Below are positions 1-11,554 of a DNA stretch of 64,000 bases, piece after piece (positions within the stretch are counted from its first letter, which is position 1; every line of letters starts with the position of its first letter). Position numbers and translations under genes: made by a program. Origin of the DNA: Eledone cirrhosa (taxonomy: Eukaryota); contig OZ024745.1 of the NCBI GenBank assembly GCA_964016885.1, positions 49,972,001 to 50,036,000 on the forward strand, given 5' to 3'. Below the pieces are notes generated by a model. That model was not told the DNA's origin, did no database searches, and saw only the letters and a program-made list of their open reading frames with translations.

Positions 1-2039
1 GTGTGGAGAGACAGAGGATGGACTGAGGAGAGTGTGACACGGAAGTACGGGCACTTCACCAATGCAGTGGTGGAAGCAAGTGAAACCCTGGTACCGAGGA
101 AAAAGAACAAAAGGAAGCACGTCAGCTCTGCAAACCCAAAAGTGTGTGCAGCCAGAGAACACCTGAAAGCTGTCAAGGACCAATTCTATGCTGATCCTAC
201 GGAGGAGAGGATGGAGACTGTGGAGGTGATGAGGGAAGAACTCTGTACCGCTTACACTGAGGTCAGAGAGGAGGCACTGATAGAGAAGATCAGAAGTGTG
301 GAGAGAGTGGTTGACATATCTGGATGTAAGGAGAGCTGGATGATCATCAACGAGATCACAGAGAGGAAGAGAAGGTGTTCAAGTCAGATCCAGGGAACGG
401 GGCCTGAGGATAGCAAGAGGAAATGGCTAGACCATTTTAGGACCCTACTAGGAGAGCCACCCTCCACAGCCCAGAGCACTGGGGAGATCAGGCGGCTGTT
501 TGAGGAACTGGATGTTGAGACAGAGCCCTTCACCAGAGAGGAGCTTCAGAGAGCCAAGAAGAGGATCAAGAGGGGCAAGGCTCATGGAGAAGATGGAGGG
601 GCATCAGAGGTGATGAAGAGGTGTGAGTTTGATGATATCATCCTGGGGTTCTGTAACCAGGCACTGGAGAAAGGAGTTGCCCCGAATCAGTAAAGGATCA
701 GTAACATCGTCCCAGTGCCAAAGAAGGGAGATCTCTCTAACACCAACAACTACAGGGGGATCTCACTGACGTCACTTGTGGCAAAGACCCTCAACAATAT
801 GATTCTTAACAGGATCCAGCCTGAGATGGAGAAGAAGCTCAGGGACAACCAGAACGGCTTCAGAGAGGGTAGACCAACCACCAGTCACATCCTGATGCTG
901 AGGAGGATATTAGAGGGAGCTAGAGCAAAGTGCCTTCCTGCGGTCATGGTTTTCATTGACTTTAGGAAGGCCTTTGATTCTGTGGACCGTTACTGCCTGA
1001 TGAAGATCTTACAGGCTTATGGAATCCCCAAGAAGATAGTGGACTTGATATCACTGCTCTACACCAACAGCAAAGCCCAAGTCATTACACCTGATGCGAT
1101 GACAGAGTTCTTTGAGATACTGGCTGGAGTGCTCCAGGGAGATACATTGGCTCCCTACCTTTTTATCATCGTAGTGGACTATTGTATGCGCCTTGCACTT
1201 GAGAAACACCAGGACTCTGGCTTTACTGTAGCACCGGCTCAGAGCAGGAGAGTTAGGGCGAAAAAGGTATCGGATGCTGAATTTGCCGACGATATAGTTT
1301 TGGTGACAAATACAGTGAAGGAGGCAGAGGATTTGATGCGGGAGGTTGAGACTGTGTCGATGAGTGTGGGGCTGAGAATGAATGAGACTAAAACAAAATA
1401 TCTGGTAGAGAATGTTGAGAAGCCAGAGGGGATCACTAATGTAGGTGGGAAGCCGCTAGAATTGGTTGAGGGCTTCCTGTATTTGGGAGCAAATATTGGG
1501 AATACGGAAGATGATGTGGTTGAGAGGAAGAGCAAGGCCTGGGCGGCGTGCCACAGCTTGAGATCGGTGTGGAAGTCGGACCTTCGTAGAGACCTGAAAG
1601 TCCGCCTCTTCATTGCTGTAGTAGAGTCTGTGCTGCTGTATGGGTCTGAGACTTGGACACTGACCAAGAAACTCACTCAGATGGGGGATGGGTGCTACAC
1701 GAGAATGCTGAGGATGGCTTTGAACATTAATCAGTATACACTGAGGATGAAAAACTCAGAGCTGTATGGGAGCATCCCAAAAAGTCAGCTCAAAAGTGAC
1801 ACAGAGGAGACTGAGGTTAGCTGGACGTGCTCACCGACATCCAGAGTTGACATTGCACTCAGCGCTCCTTTGGGAGCCCCTACATAGACACACTAGAAGA
1901 GGAAGACCAAGGTTAACGTATGTTGATGCCCTAAGGACATACACTGGTCTGTTGGAGACGCAGGACATGGCAGCGATAATGAGAGACAGAGACCACTGGA
2001 GAGAACTCGTCCATGGATCTCGGGAATTTTACCCGCCTT

Positions 2040-2041
<2 letters not shown>
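1..2041 (+). mobile_element. RTE-clade non-LTR retrotransposon, RT region and 3' end (disrupted)
   Basis: ORFs 1-693, 715-1887 and 1766-2041 join into one RT protein (PKKGDLS..NYRGISL, QNGFREGR, FIDFRKAFDSV, GVLQGDTLAP, FADD, LLYGSETW, RGRPRLTY). There is a stop at 691-693 and a frameshift near 1785. The element ends in (TA)n at 2042. Confidence 0.93.
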
Positions 2042-2111
<70 letters not shown>

Positions 2112-2141
2112 AGATCAAAAGATGGTTAAATGAGTTCCATG

Positions 2142-2212
2142 TATTTTATTATGCGCATTTCAAAAACAAATATCATCATGCAATAACATTTGTGTTTTCA
2201 TCAGATAAAATA
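2142..2212 (-). ncRNA. Type I hammerhead ribozyme (inverted copy of 2622-2692)
   Basis: Reverse complement reads TATTTTAT-CTGATGA-stem II-GAAA-TGCGCA-TA-ATAAAATA. Confidence 0.8.
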
Positions 2213-2621
2213 GGAGGACATGATATGAAGGTTAAAAATACTTGTGGATAGTGCAGTTTTAAATCAACATATGAGAAGTAGTTTTAGATTGATGTGTGAT
2301 ATTGTGGAAAAAATTTTTTTTGAGGGGGGGTGGGGTGGAAAGGATGAAAAAGAGGAGGAGATGAGAGTAAAAAGTGGAGGGGGAGGAGTATAATGAGGAA
2401 GGATGAGATAGGAGGAGAGATGGCTGATAGAGAGAGAGAGATAGCTTTTATAACTGAGAAAAATATATTGTTTTACATAGAGAGGTTGAAAAACCGTTGG
2501 AAGATAATGTATAAATTAAAAGAATTTGAAAATATCACACATCAATCTAAAACTACTTTTCATGTGTTGATTTAAAACTGCACTATCCACAAGTATTTTT
2601 AACCTTCATATCATGTCCTCC

Positions 2622-2692
2622 TATTTTATCTGATGAAAACACAAATGTTATTGCATGATGATATTTGTTTTTGAAATGCGCATAATAAAATA
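2622..2692 (+). ncRNA. Type I hammerhead ribozyme, palindromic stem III
   Basis: Stem I TATTTTAT/ATAAAATA; core CTGATGA 2630-2636; long stem II AAACACAAATGTTATT/GATGATATTTGTTTTT; GAAA 2673-2676; TGCGCA palindrome; AUA cleavage triplet ending at 2684. Confidence 0.82.
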
Positions 2693-3161
2693 CATGGAAC
2701 TCATTTAACCATCTTTTGATCTTATATATTATGTATACTCCAGTCCTACAAATTGTAGAGTGCTTCTTATCCGATATCTGCATTGCTTTATTGTACTACA
2801 ATAAAACTCACCTCCTACATATATATATATATGTTTTTTTATTTTTATTTTGTATTTTAATTCCTTTACCCCTTTATATTTCATCAACCCTGCATTCTTG
2901 CATTGTCTTCTCTCCTTAATGATTACTTGAAAGGATACGCCTGTGGACGTCAGGCAGACGGGTGGCCACGCATGGATACGTGCGATAACTTGAGCGAGAT
3001 AAAGATAATAGCCGCTAAATTATAAGAAACCTCCAGCTGTGACCTGACCGAAAACAATAAGTGAATACAGTAAAATACCATTATGACAGAATTTGTGGTA
3101 GCATATAAGAAGGAATCGGGATAATATTCAACTACACGCAGACGCGAGTTTACACGATAAA

Positions 3162-3253
3162 ATATATCTGAGGAGTTCTCGATTCCAGAGTTAGGTTCGA
3201 TCATTAATAGATCGTTCCTCGAGTTGTTCGACAGTGAAACATATGTAATATGT
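3162..3253 (+). ncRNA. Type I hammerhead-like fold with extended stem II
   Basis: ATATAT-CTGAGGA(3168-3174)-GTTCTCGA...CGATC/GATCG...TCGACAGT-GAAA(3236-3239)-CATATG-TA-ATATGT; palindromic stem III; GUA triplet. Confidence 0.65.
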
Positions 3254-3475
3254 AATAAAAAATGTATATGATGCAACACTAATTCTTTGTACTCTCATAT
3301 ATTAATACTATTCACACTATGCTCCGCAAGAACATCCAGTGCTCATTAGGCATACCGACTATGGACGCAATTAACTTGCACCTTTACACCTTATTATGTG
3401 TATATATACACACGCACACAATCATACACGTGCACGCACGCACACACATATGTATATATATATATATATATATGT

Positions 3476-5169
3476 GGGACCAGCTATTGAGATTGACGAA
3501 TATAGGGTCCAAGAGGCGATTAGGGAAATGAAAAATGGTAAGGCGGCCGGACCATCTGGAATAGTTGCTGAGATGCTGAAGGCATCAGGGGACGTAGGCA
3601 CTAAACTGGTTGCACGCATAATCAATCAGGCTATATATGGTGGTGTCATACCCAAAGACTGGTGCAGCAGTATTCTCATAAATTGCTACAAAGGTAAAGG
3701 GGATGCTTTGGAGAGGAGCAATTATAGGGGTATAAAACTGATAGATGAGGTTATGAAAGTGGCAGAAAGGATTTTAGCACAACTAATTAGAGAAAGGGTC
3801 AAACTAGATGAGATGCAGTTTGGTTTTGTGCCTGGGAAGAGTACAACAGATGCCCTCTTCTTGGTGAGACAAATGCAAGAGAGGTTCTTAGAGAAGAATA
3901 AGCCACTATACTTAGCCTTTGTTGACCTAGAGAAGGCCTTTGATAGGGTACCCCGATCTGTCATCTGGTGGTCCCTAAGGAAGCTGGGTGTTGAGGAATG
4001 GCTTGTAAGGACAGTGCAAACCTTGTACAGAGGTACTCTCAGTAAAGTCAGGGTAGGAATGGAGTTTAGTGAGGAATTCCAGATACAAGTAGGAGTACAT
4101 CAGGGTTCGGTCCTCAGCCCGCTCTTGTTCATTATAGTCCTCCAAGCCATAACAGAGGAGTTTAAGACTGGCTGTCCATGGGAACTTCTCTATGCTGACG
4201 ATCTGGCTCTTATGGCAGAATCAGTAGAGGAGCTAGAGAATAAATTCCGGCGATGGAAACAGCAGTTGGAAGCAAGAGGACTGAGAGTAAATCTAGCTAA
4301 GACAAAAGTGTTGATGAGTAGAAAAGAGGACAAAACCCTGATTCCGTCAGGGAAATGGCCATGTTCGATATGCAGAAAAGGAACTGGCATAAATTCTATA
4401 AAATGCACACAATGTAGGTCCTGGGTACACAAGAGATGTAGCGGGATAGCAGGCAAACTAACAGGTAGGGAGAAATATGTATGCAGTAGATGTACAGGGA
4501 AGTTAGACAGTAGAAGTCGCACTGATAGACACATTTTTCAAATGCGAGAGGGCGCTATAGAAGTGGTGGATAGCTTCCGGTACCTAGGAGATCAGATTAG
4601 CATGGGAGGAGGGTGTTCCGAGGCCATAGTATCTAGAATAAGGACGGGTTGGAAGAAGTTTAGGGAGCTGCTTCCTCTGTTGACGAAGAAGGGTTTCTCC
4701 CTGCGTACGAAAGGCCGGTTGTATGATGCCTGTGTGAGGAGCGCGATGCTGCATGGTAGTGAGACATGGGCAGCTACCGCAGAAGATATGCGACGGCTGG
4801 AGAGAAATGAGGCAAGCATGCTCCGTTGGATGTGCAGTGTAAATGTGCGTGAACGACCCAGCATAAATGTGTTGAGAGAGAAACTGTGTCTGAGAGGGAT
4901 AGAATGTAGTGTACGGGAGAGGAGACTGAGGTGGTATGGACATGTGATGCGCATGGAGGATGACCGATGGGTGAAGAAGTGCCAGGAAATGCCAGTTGAA
5001 GGAAGACGTGGTAGAGGTAGACCACGAAAAACATGGGCGGAGGTGGTGAGAACAGACCTCAGATCATTGAAGCTCACGGTGGAGATGACGAGGGACCGTG
5101 ACGAGTGGAGAGATGCTGTGCTGAATAAGACCCGTCCCACCCTTGCAAGCAGGGAAAAGCGGACGTAAA

Positions 5170-5204
<35 letters not shown>
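3476..5204 (+). mobile_element. 5'-truncated RTE-clade LINE (family A), open RT + PHD-like finger, (GAT)n tail
   Basis: Uninterrupted frame to 5168 with KAAGPSG, NYRGIKL, MQFGFVPG, FVDLEKAFD, GVHQGSVLSP, YADD and C-x2-C..C-x2-C..H-x2-C..C-x2-C. The stop codon is followed directly by (GAT)n. The 5' end abuts (TA)n. Confidence 0.95.
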
Positions 5205-5746
5205 ATATATGTGTGTTTGTGTGTGTAATAAAAAGATGTACTCACAAAACCGTCTCTCATATATAGATATATATAAAATAAATAAATATGTTTTTAAATT
5301 TTATATGCATATATTAACTGCACATATATTTATTTTATATATATACACGTGTGTGTATGTGTGAGCACAAGTACTTTTATATTTCTGTGTGTTTATATTC
5401 ATATGTACGTGCGTGTGTCTGCGTCTATATAGAATGATGAACGTCATATAATAACATAATATATAATATAATATAATATAATATAATATAACGGGAGATT
5501 GCTTCATGCACTGACTACTCTAAGCTTTCCTCTTGCTTTATCTTCATAGACTGCCAACGCTTCATGTTTATCTTTATTTTCACTCTTGCTTTTATTTTAT
5601 TTTATTTTATTTTTATCATGTAACACTTTATATGTAAATTGCCATGCTGTTTCATTTGATGAATGTCACCCCACTGTTGATCAATATGCGCATATGTTTT
5701 ATGTGTCTCTTGGGTTGAAAAGGAGGTCAAGTATGTTATAAATAGC

Positions 5747-5793
5747 TGCTCCGAAGAATCCAAACCTCGGTTTGGAGGAAACAATTGTAAGCA
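5747..5793 (+). ncRNA. Minimal type I hammerhead with variant CCGAAGA core (5' pLTR)
   Basis: TGCT-CCGAAGA-(A)TCCAAACC TC GGTTTGGA(G)-GAAA-CAATTG-TA-AGCA. Confidence 0.75.
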
Positions 5794-6049
5794 AATAAGT
5801 GACTTAAACTGAACTTTGATTACTGTAATCTCTATATAACTGCTCTGTATAACAACTGATGTTATTACATTGAGCTATTTAACTTACTGGTAATAGGATA
5901 GTAATTAAAGACTATCTCTCACTATTTAGGGTTTGTGTATATATAATATATTACCATCAAAGGTTTTATTGCATACATAACCATAAATAGTACCCTTAAT
6001 ACTAATAACTGCTCCATTTTGTTGAGCTGATATACCATAAATTACCAGC

Positions 6050-8533
6050 ATGCTGATCAAAGACCAACTCCCTATGTCAACCAAGAACATACCTTTACCA
6101 ACCAAAAATACATATGAAAAGTTGTTGATCAACAGTGTAAACTCCTTTATCAATAGAGTGAGATGGAGGACATTCCATTATGATAGAAACAAATCTGGCA
6201 AGGATAATAACACCAACAAATTTGACTCCTTCGGCTTTAAAACATTTAGAAGCCCCCCTCATAACACACTATTAAACCTATTCGAAAACGACCTAATTAA
6301 ACTAGTTAAAAACATTAAATACAAAAAACACCATAATAAAAACAACACCTTCTTAAACAAACTTAGCACCTCTATTAATGACTTCAAAACTAGTAGTAAA
6401 ATTGTTGTACATGCCGACAAAACTAATAACATATACAGCCTAGATTATAATACGTATAGAAAGTTTATATATAATGAACTACATAAAAGCTACAAAAAAA
6501 CCACTATGAAAAACTTAGAAGATATTAATATGGAAGGCTATAATATAGTATCCAAACTAGGGCTCCAGAGACATACACAACCTTACACCCCAAACCCCCC
6601 TAGATTCTCTCTGAAGGACCATAAGGTAGACTTCATTAGCAACCCCTCGATTAGACTAATCTGCCCCTCCAGGTCTGACATTGGCATTATCAGTAAAAAA
6701 ATCCTAGACAAAATCATCCCACAGATTAAACACAAGATTTACCTTAAGCAATGGGGAAATACGGGTGAAGTGATTGAATGGTTCAAAAATATAATAGATA
6801 ACAAGGATAAAAAATGTATCCAATTTGATATCAACTCTTACTACACCTCTATTTCCCCTATCCTACTAAATAAGGCACTTATAATGGCCATGGACAATAG
6901 TGACTTGACTAGACCCCAGATTGATGTCATACTTGCGGCCCGTAAAACAATAATCACCTTTGAGGACCAATTATGGACCCGCAAGGATACGCAAAACAAC
7001 TTCGACATTACTATGGGGTCTAGTGACTCGGCGCAGGTCACTGATCTGGTTGGCCTATACTTACTTAACCTAATCCACAGGGAACTTCCGTACCTCAGCG
7101 GTGGTTTGTATCGCGATGATGCACTTCTACTTATAGACTATAAAAAATTCAATATAGAAAGGACTAGAAAACTATTGCACAAAACATTCAAAAACTTTAA
7201 CCTTAGTATTACCATGGACAAAAACACCAAAAACGTCAACTTCCTAGACGCCACACTCTACTTAGACTCAATGATATATGCACCTTTCCACAAACCTAAT
7301 GAAAAACTCATCTACGTAGATACCAAGTCTAACCACCCTAAATCTATATTGAACTCTATCTCTAAGGGAGTATCTAATAGAATCTCTAATCTATCCTATG
7401 ACATAAACACATTTAACAATAACTCGCAGTATTATAATCAGGCATTAGCTAGATCAGGCCATAATACAGGGATAGAGTTCCTACCTACAAAAACACATAG
7501 CTACAACATCATTTCACACAACATGTCCATGGGAAAATTTAATAATAAGAATAGCAACCGCACACACACTAATAGGGATTGTAACAACAAGAGTAACCCG
7601 CACCACAGAAATGACCATAGGAACATTAAAGGAAACAAATCACCAGACATAAAAAACAGAAATAGAAGAAGAAATAATACATTTTTCAACCCTCCTTTCA
7701 ATTTAAACGTCTCTACCAACCTTCCTAGGGCTTTCTTCTCACTACTAGATAAACACTTCCCATCCGGCCACAGGTACCACGGCCTTTTAAACAAAAACAC
7801 TATTAAGATCTCATACTCTACTACGCCTAACTTAGCATACCACATAGCTAGTACAAATAAAAGAAAAATTAATTCTTACTTCCAACAAACTAAATCACAA
7901 CGGTCGATAAACCTTCAAAATAACATTCAAAATGACAGTCAAAGTAACATTATAACAAATAACCGTAATATCAATGGAAATAGTAGTAATAGCACTAGTG
8001 TAAACATTAACGCTGCGTACCACAACCCGCATAACCATAACCCTATAGCTAACCTCCAACCTTCTACACAGCATAGTAACCGGCAGACTAGCACCCAGAG
8101 TAATTGTAACTGTAGATCAAGTAGAACCTGCCCTTTAGATAAAAAATGCTTAACCAAGGATATCATATACTCATGTACAGTCACTACTAACAGCTCTTCT
8201 GAAACCTACATAGGCTCCACTTCTAACTGCTTCAAAACTAGATACAATTCGCACCTCCACTCTTTCAAAAAACACAGTCTAGCCAACTCCACTTCACTAT
8301 CTAGCTACATACACTATCTAAAAACTAAAAATAAAATATATACACTTAAATGGGAAGTGGTAGGTAGTGTAACATCGTACAAACCACCTGATAAATTTTG
8401 TAACCTCTGTCTACTAGAGACCCATACTATCATCTTCTCTAAACATAATCTCCTTAATAAAAAATCAGAAGTGTTCGCAAATTGCCAACACCGCTTCCGA
8501 CACTCGTTCCAAAACTTTAAACCCTATATATAA
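6050..8533 (+). CDS. PLE polyprotein: reverse transcriptase + C-terminal GIY-YIG endonuclease (827 aa, intact; possibly Hydra clade)
   Basis: ADKT, LKDHK, IRLICPS, QFDINSYY, ITMGS, YRDD, VNFLD, SNHP; CNC-x5-CP linker; IIY..YIG, RY..H, KW, CNLC..E, LLNKKSE, CQH. The clade assignment is an inference from the CxC-x5-C linker and the microsatellite target. Confidence 0.93.
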   Translation: MLIKDQLPMSTKNIPLPTKNTYEKLLINSVNSFINRVRWRTFHYDRNKSGKDNNTNKFDSFGFKTFRSPPHNTLLNLFENDLIKLVKNIKYKKHHNKNNTFLNKLSTSINDFKTSSKIVVHADKTNNIYSLDYNTYRKFIYNELHKSYKKTTMKNLEDINMEGYNIVSKLGLQRHTQPYTPNPPRFSLKDHKVDFISNPSIRLICPSRSDIGIISKKILDKIIPQIKHKIYLKQWGNTGEVIEWFKNIIDNKDKKCIQFDINSYYTSISPILLNKALIMAMDNSDLTRPQIDVILAARKTIITFEDQLWTRKDTQNNFDITMGSSDSAQVTDLVGLYLLNLIHRELPYLSGGLYRDDALLLIDYKKFNIERTRKLLHKTFKNFNLSITMDKNTKNVNFLDATLYLDSMIYAPFHKPNEKLIYVDTKSNHPKSILNSISKGVSNRISNLSYDINTFNNNSQYYNQALARSGHNTGIEFLPTKTHSYNIISHNMSMGKFNNKNSNRTHTNRDCNNKSNPHHRNDHRNIKGNKSPDIKNRNRRRNNTFFNPPFNLNVSTNLPRAFFSLLDKHFPSGHRYHGLLNKNTIKISYSTTPNLAYHIASTNKRKINSYFQQTKSQRSINLQNNIQNDSQSNIITNNRNINGNSSNSTSVNINAAYHNPHNHNPIANLQPSTQHSNRQTSTQSNCNCRSSRTCPLDKKCLTKDIIYSCTVTTNSSSETYIGSTSNCFKTRYNSHLHSFKKHSLANSTSLSSYIHYLKTKNKIYTLKWEVVGSVTSYKPPDKFCNLCLLETHTIIFSKHNLLNKKSEVFANCQHRFRHSFQNFKPYI

Positions 8534-10070
8534 TAATGTCAGACTGGAACCGGCACCACCCCTAGCAATTAACATCAGTAGCACACCTTACACCTCACAT
8601 CCACACCCATCTCTATACTCTAAAGATAATACTGACAGCATTTGAGTGCCACCTACCCTGGGAATACCCCCTTGTACCTCTAATACTGATATCCCGACCG
8701 TGGACTACTTATTCTGCATTGCACAAATATAAGATTAGTATAAACTGGGGACACGGTACTGGTTGTGATAGCATAGTCCTGTGCATGGATTACCACCTAG
8801 AGATAGATTGATGATTAGATAGATAATCGTATTGTTAAGTGAGTATATACTGTAGGCGATCAGTTCATTGAATTATGCACGTAATCATCTTGATGTGGAC
8901 TCCTTTAATACCTATTAATAGACTCCACTCTAGCTTGGAAATGTGATACATAATTGATTTATATTTGAGACGGGGGTTGTCTATTACCTGATGGCCAGAC
9001 TAGTGCGTTTATATGAGAGATCGGATCTCCGGACCATACCGAAGATTTACTGAAGATGCAGGCAAGCAATGACCCGGAGCCTACCGGGTGGCATATATAA
9101 TAGTGGGACCATACCAGGGCCTACTGTTGTATTACATTTGCATGGAGCAGTGACATGAGAGTCCGACTCCTCTTATAGAACGTTCAGATATGACACCCCT
9201 TAATTATTGGTTGGCAATCATCCTAGTATATACACCCTTGTACTTCTTAATGAACAACTCTCTAACTTATAAATGGGTACCATACTCTAGATATTAGTTA
9301 TAACTTCACATGATAGGCACGTATTTGAATCACCATTAATGTAGTTTAGCATAGTAATGTCACTAAAATAACTAGCTAGTTACCTCCCCTTACGCATTAA
9401 TTCCCCTTAATCATTCAGACACTTCCGGAATTTGGACAGCATGATATATTAATTAAGAACCGACTGGATACCGTTTATAGCTTGACTATATGCTGAACCA
9501 CTGCGAAGTATACGATAGACGCCTGTTCTCTATATATATATTGCGTCTCATGGATTATGTGAGTGGTGGTGTGAGCAAGGACAGTGGTACGACCTTGCCT
9601 ACGATATAATAAGGTTTATAGTATGTTGAAGGTTTTTGATATTTTGGTGTTTCCCCGCATCCGAGACTGTATATCATACAGATATATGAGAATAAATGAC
9701 TTAATAATTCAGCCTATATTATAAGATCGATTGCCTGCTTCAACTGCCTGACCCTGCAAATATCATTCTGACGCACTCTAATCATGTATAGATAAGACAA
9801 GCGTGCATGCTACACGGGAGATTGCTTCATGCACTGACTACTCTAAGCTTTCCTCTTGCTTTATCTTCATAGACTGCCAACGCTTCATGTTTATCTTTAT
9901 TTTCACTCTTGCTTTTATTTTATTTTATTTTATTTTTATCATGTAACACTTTATATGTAAATTGCCATGCTATATCATTTGATGAATGTCACCCCACTGT
10001 TGATCAATATGCGCATATGTTTTATGTGTCTCTTGGGTTGAAAAGGAGGTCAAGTATGTTATAAATAGGC

Positions 10071-10117
10071 TGCTCCGAAGAATCCAAACCTCGGTTTGGA
10101 GGAAACAATTGTAAGCA
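10071..10117 (+). ncRNA. Minimal type I hammerhead with variant CCGAAGA core (3' pLTR)
   Basis: Identical to 5747-5793. Confidence 0.75.
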
Positions 10118-10149
10118 AATAAGTGACTTAAACTGAACTTTGATTACTG

Positions 10150-10223
<74 letters not shown>

Positions 10224-10546
10224 CTTAATTTACTATATTTGCCTTCCGCAAACACACCTGGTTTGTTCTTATCAAATAAATTCATTGAAATATATGTTTG
10301 TTTTCAACAGTTAGCATAGGAGCTACAATTTTCAATATAACAAAGTTAGTAAGATTAAACAATCAACGATCACAACATTCCCTTGATTCGATTAAATGAT
10401 TTCACATGCCTGAATGCTTACAATATCCAATCAGTCGAACATCATATAGTCTTGCACATTTCAATACATTCATTCCCACAGTTACGCACTCACAACCGCG
10501 TAAAACTTGAGTACACGGAGGTAGACCCTACTCTTTCAAAACTATA

Positions 10547-10582
<36 letters not shown>

Positions 10583-10626
10583 GCGTGTATGTATTTGTGT
10601 AAAATTATGTATGTATGCATGTGTGC

Positions 10627-10687
<61 letters not shown>

Positions 10688-11427
10688 TTTATTTAGCATG
10701 TCTATTGTATATTAAAAAACGTTTTATTCACAATGGAATATACCATTCTGAACTATACTATTAAATGCTATGAATCATTTGTAATTGGAGATGAAACGTA
10801 TTCTATGCCTATTACAAATTATGTTAATATAATGATACACAATTTCCATACACTCATTTCCTAATGATATTCTTTTAATGTCTATGCACACCTCTTAGTT
10901 CACATTCTCGCTTTAATGCATATTGTACCACACCTGTTAAAACACATACCGGCAGTATATTTGCATATGTATATGCACTTACTAATGCACATACAAATAC
11001 ACTCCGAACCAATCGCATTATACGGACACGCATATACATAGTAAAATATTTTGATAATTCCTCTGTATTTCCTCTTGTAAAGGCTAAGTTGAGTAATGAA
11101 AAAACGTTCTAGCATTGATGGGGTTACCAAAGAAATGATAACTGAGTGAAACGAGGATTTTCTGCATAATTTATTGCGTAACAATGTGCGAATATAATGA
11201 AATATTTCAAGATTGATGGAAATCCTTGCAGAAATTGCGATATATACAGGGAATATGATAGGTATATATAATGTAATTCTCGGAAAATTGAGAGCAAAAA
11301 TATTTATCATAGGTTCAATTAACATGATGGGATATTACATTATCTCAACGGATACATTCATGTTTTCAACTTCAACGCGGAACTGATGTATTTTCAGGGC
11401 GTGAATTAGAAATATATGGAAATAATT

Positions 11428-11541
11428 GTTTCTACTTTTGGCCAAAGGCCAGCAATTATCTCAGTGTATTACTGGTGCTTTATTTTATCGACCCCGTAAG
11501 GATGAAAGGCAAAGTTAACCTCGGCGGGATTTGAACTCAGA
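11428..11541 (-). mobile_element. tRNA-derived SINE fragment (Meta-like central domain)
   Basis: Reverse complement TCTGAGTTCAAATCCCGCCGAGGTTAACTTTGCCTTTCATCCTTACGGGGTCGATAAAATAAAG contains a B-box plus a conserved core. Related copies lie at 32150-32280 and 32986-33081. Confidence 0.75.
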
Positions 11542-11554
11542 CCATAAAGGGCCG

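Larger units (their letters stand above)
2100..2735. repeat. ~200-bp inverted repeat (about 2100-2303 / 2531-2735), PLE-like inverted terminal structure; each arm carries a hammerhead
   Basis: The arms are near-exact reverse complements (AAGATCAAAAGATGGTTAAATGAG... / ...CTCATTTAACCATCTTTTGATCTT) around a purine-rich spacer. Confidence 0.9.
5491..10157 (+). mobile_element. Penelope-like element, apparently complete, with direct pseudo-LTRs (5491-5833 and 9814-10157)
   Basis: Near-identical ~340-bp direct repeats flank one long ORF and a ~1.3-kb unique 3' region. The element is flanked by (TAATA)n and (CT)n(TA)n. Confidence 0.93.

Noticed and set aside
9035-9095. CCGAAGA/CTGAAGA in the PLE 3' region
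   Set aside because: No downstream GAAA or stem III.
10296-10355. Possible plus-strand micro-exon (TTTTCAACAG...GTAAGA)
   Set aside because: Only splice-like signals; too short to support without transcripts.
10900-11325. 141-aa minus-strand ORF as a second SLC27 exon
   Set aside because: No acyl-CoA synthetase motifs and no convincing splice sites.
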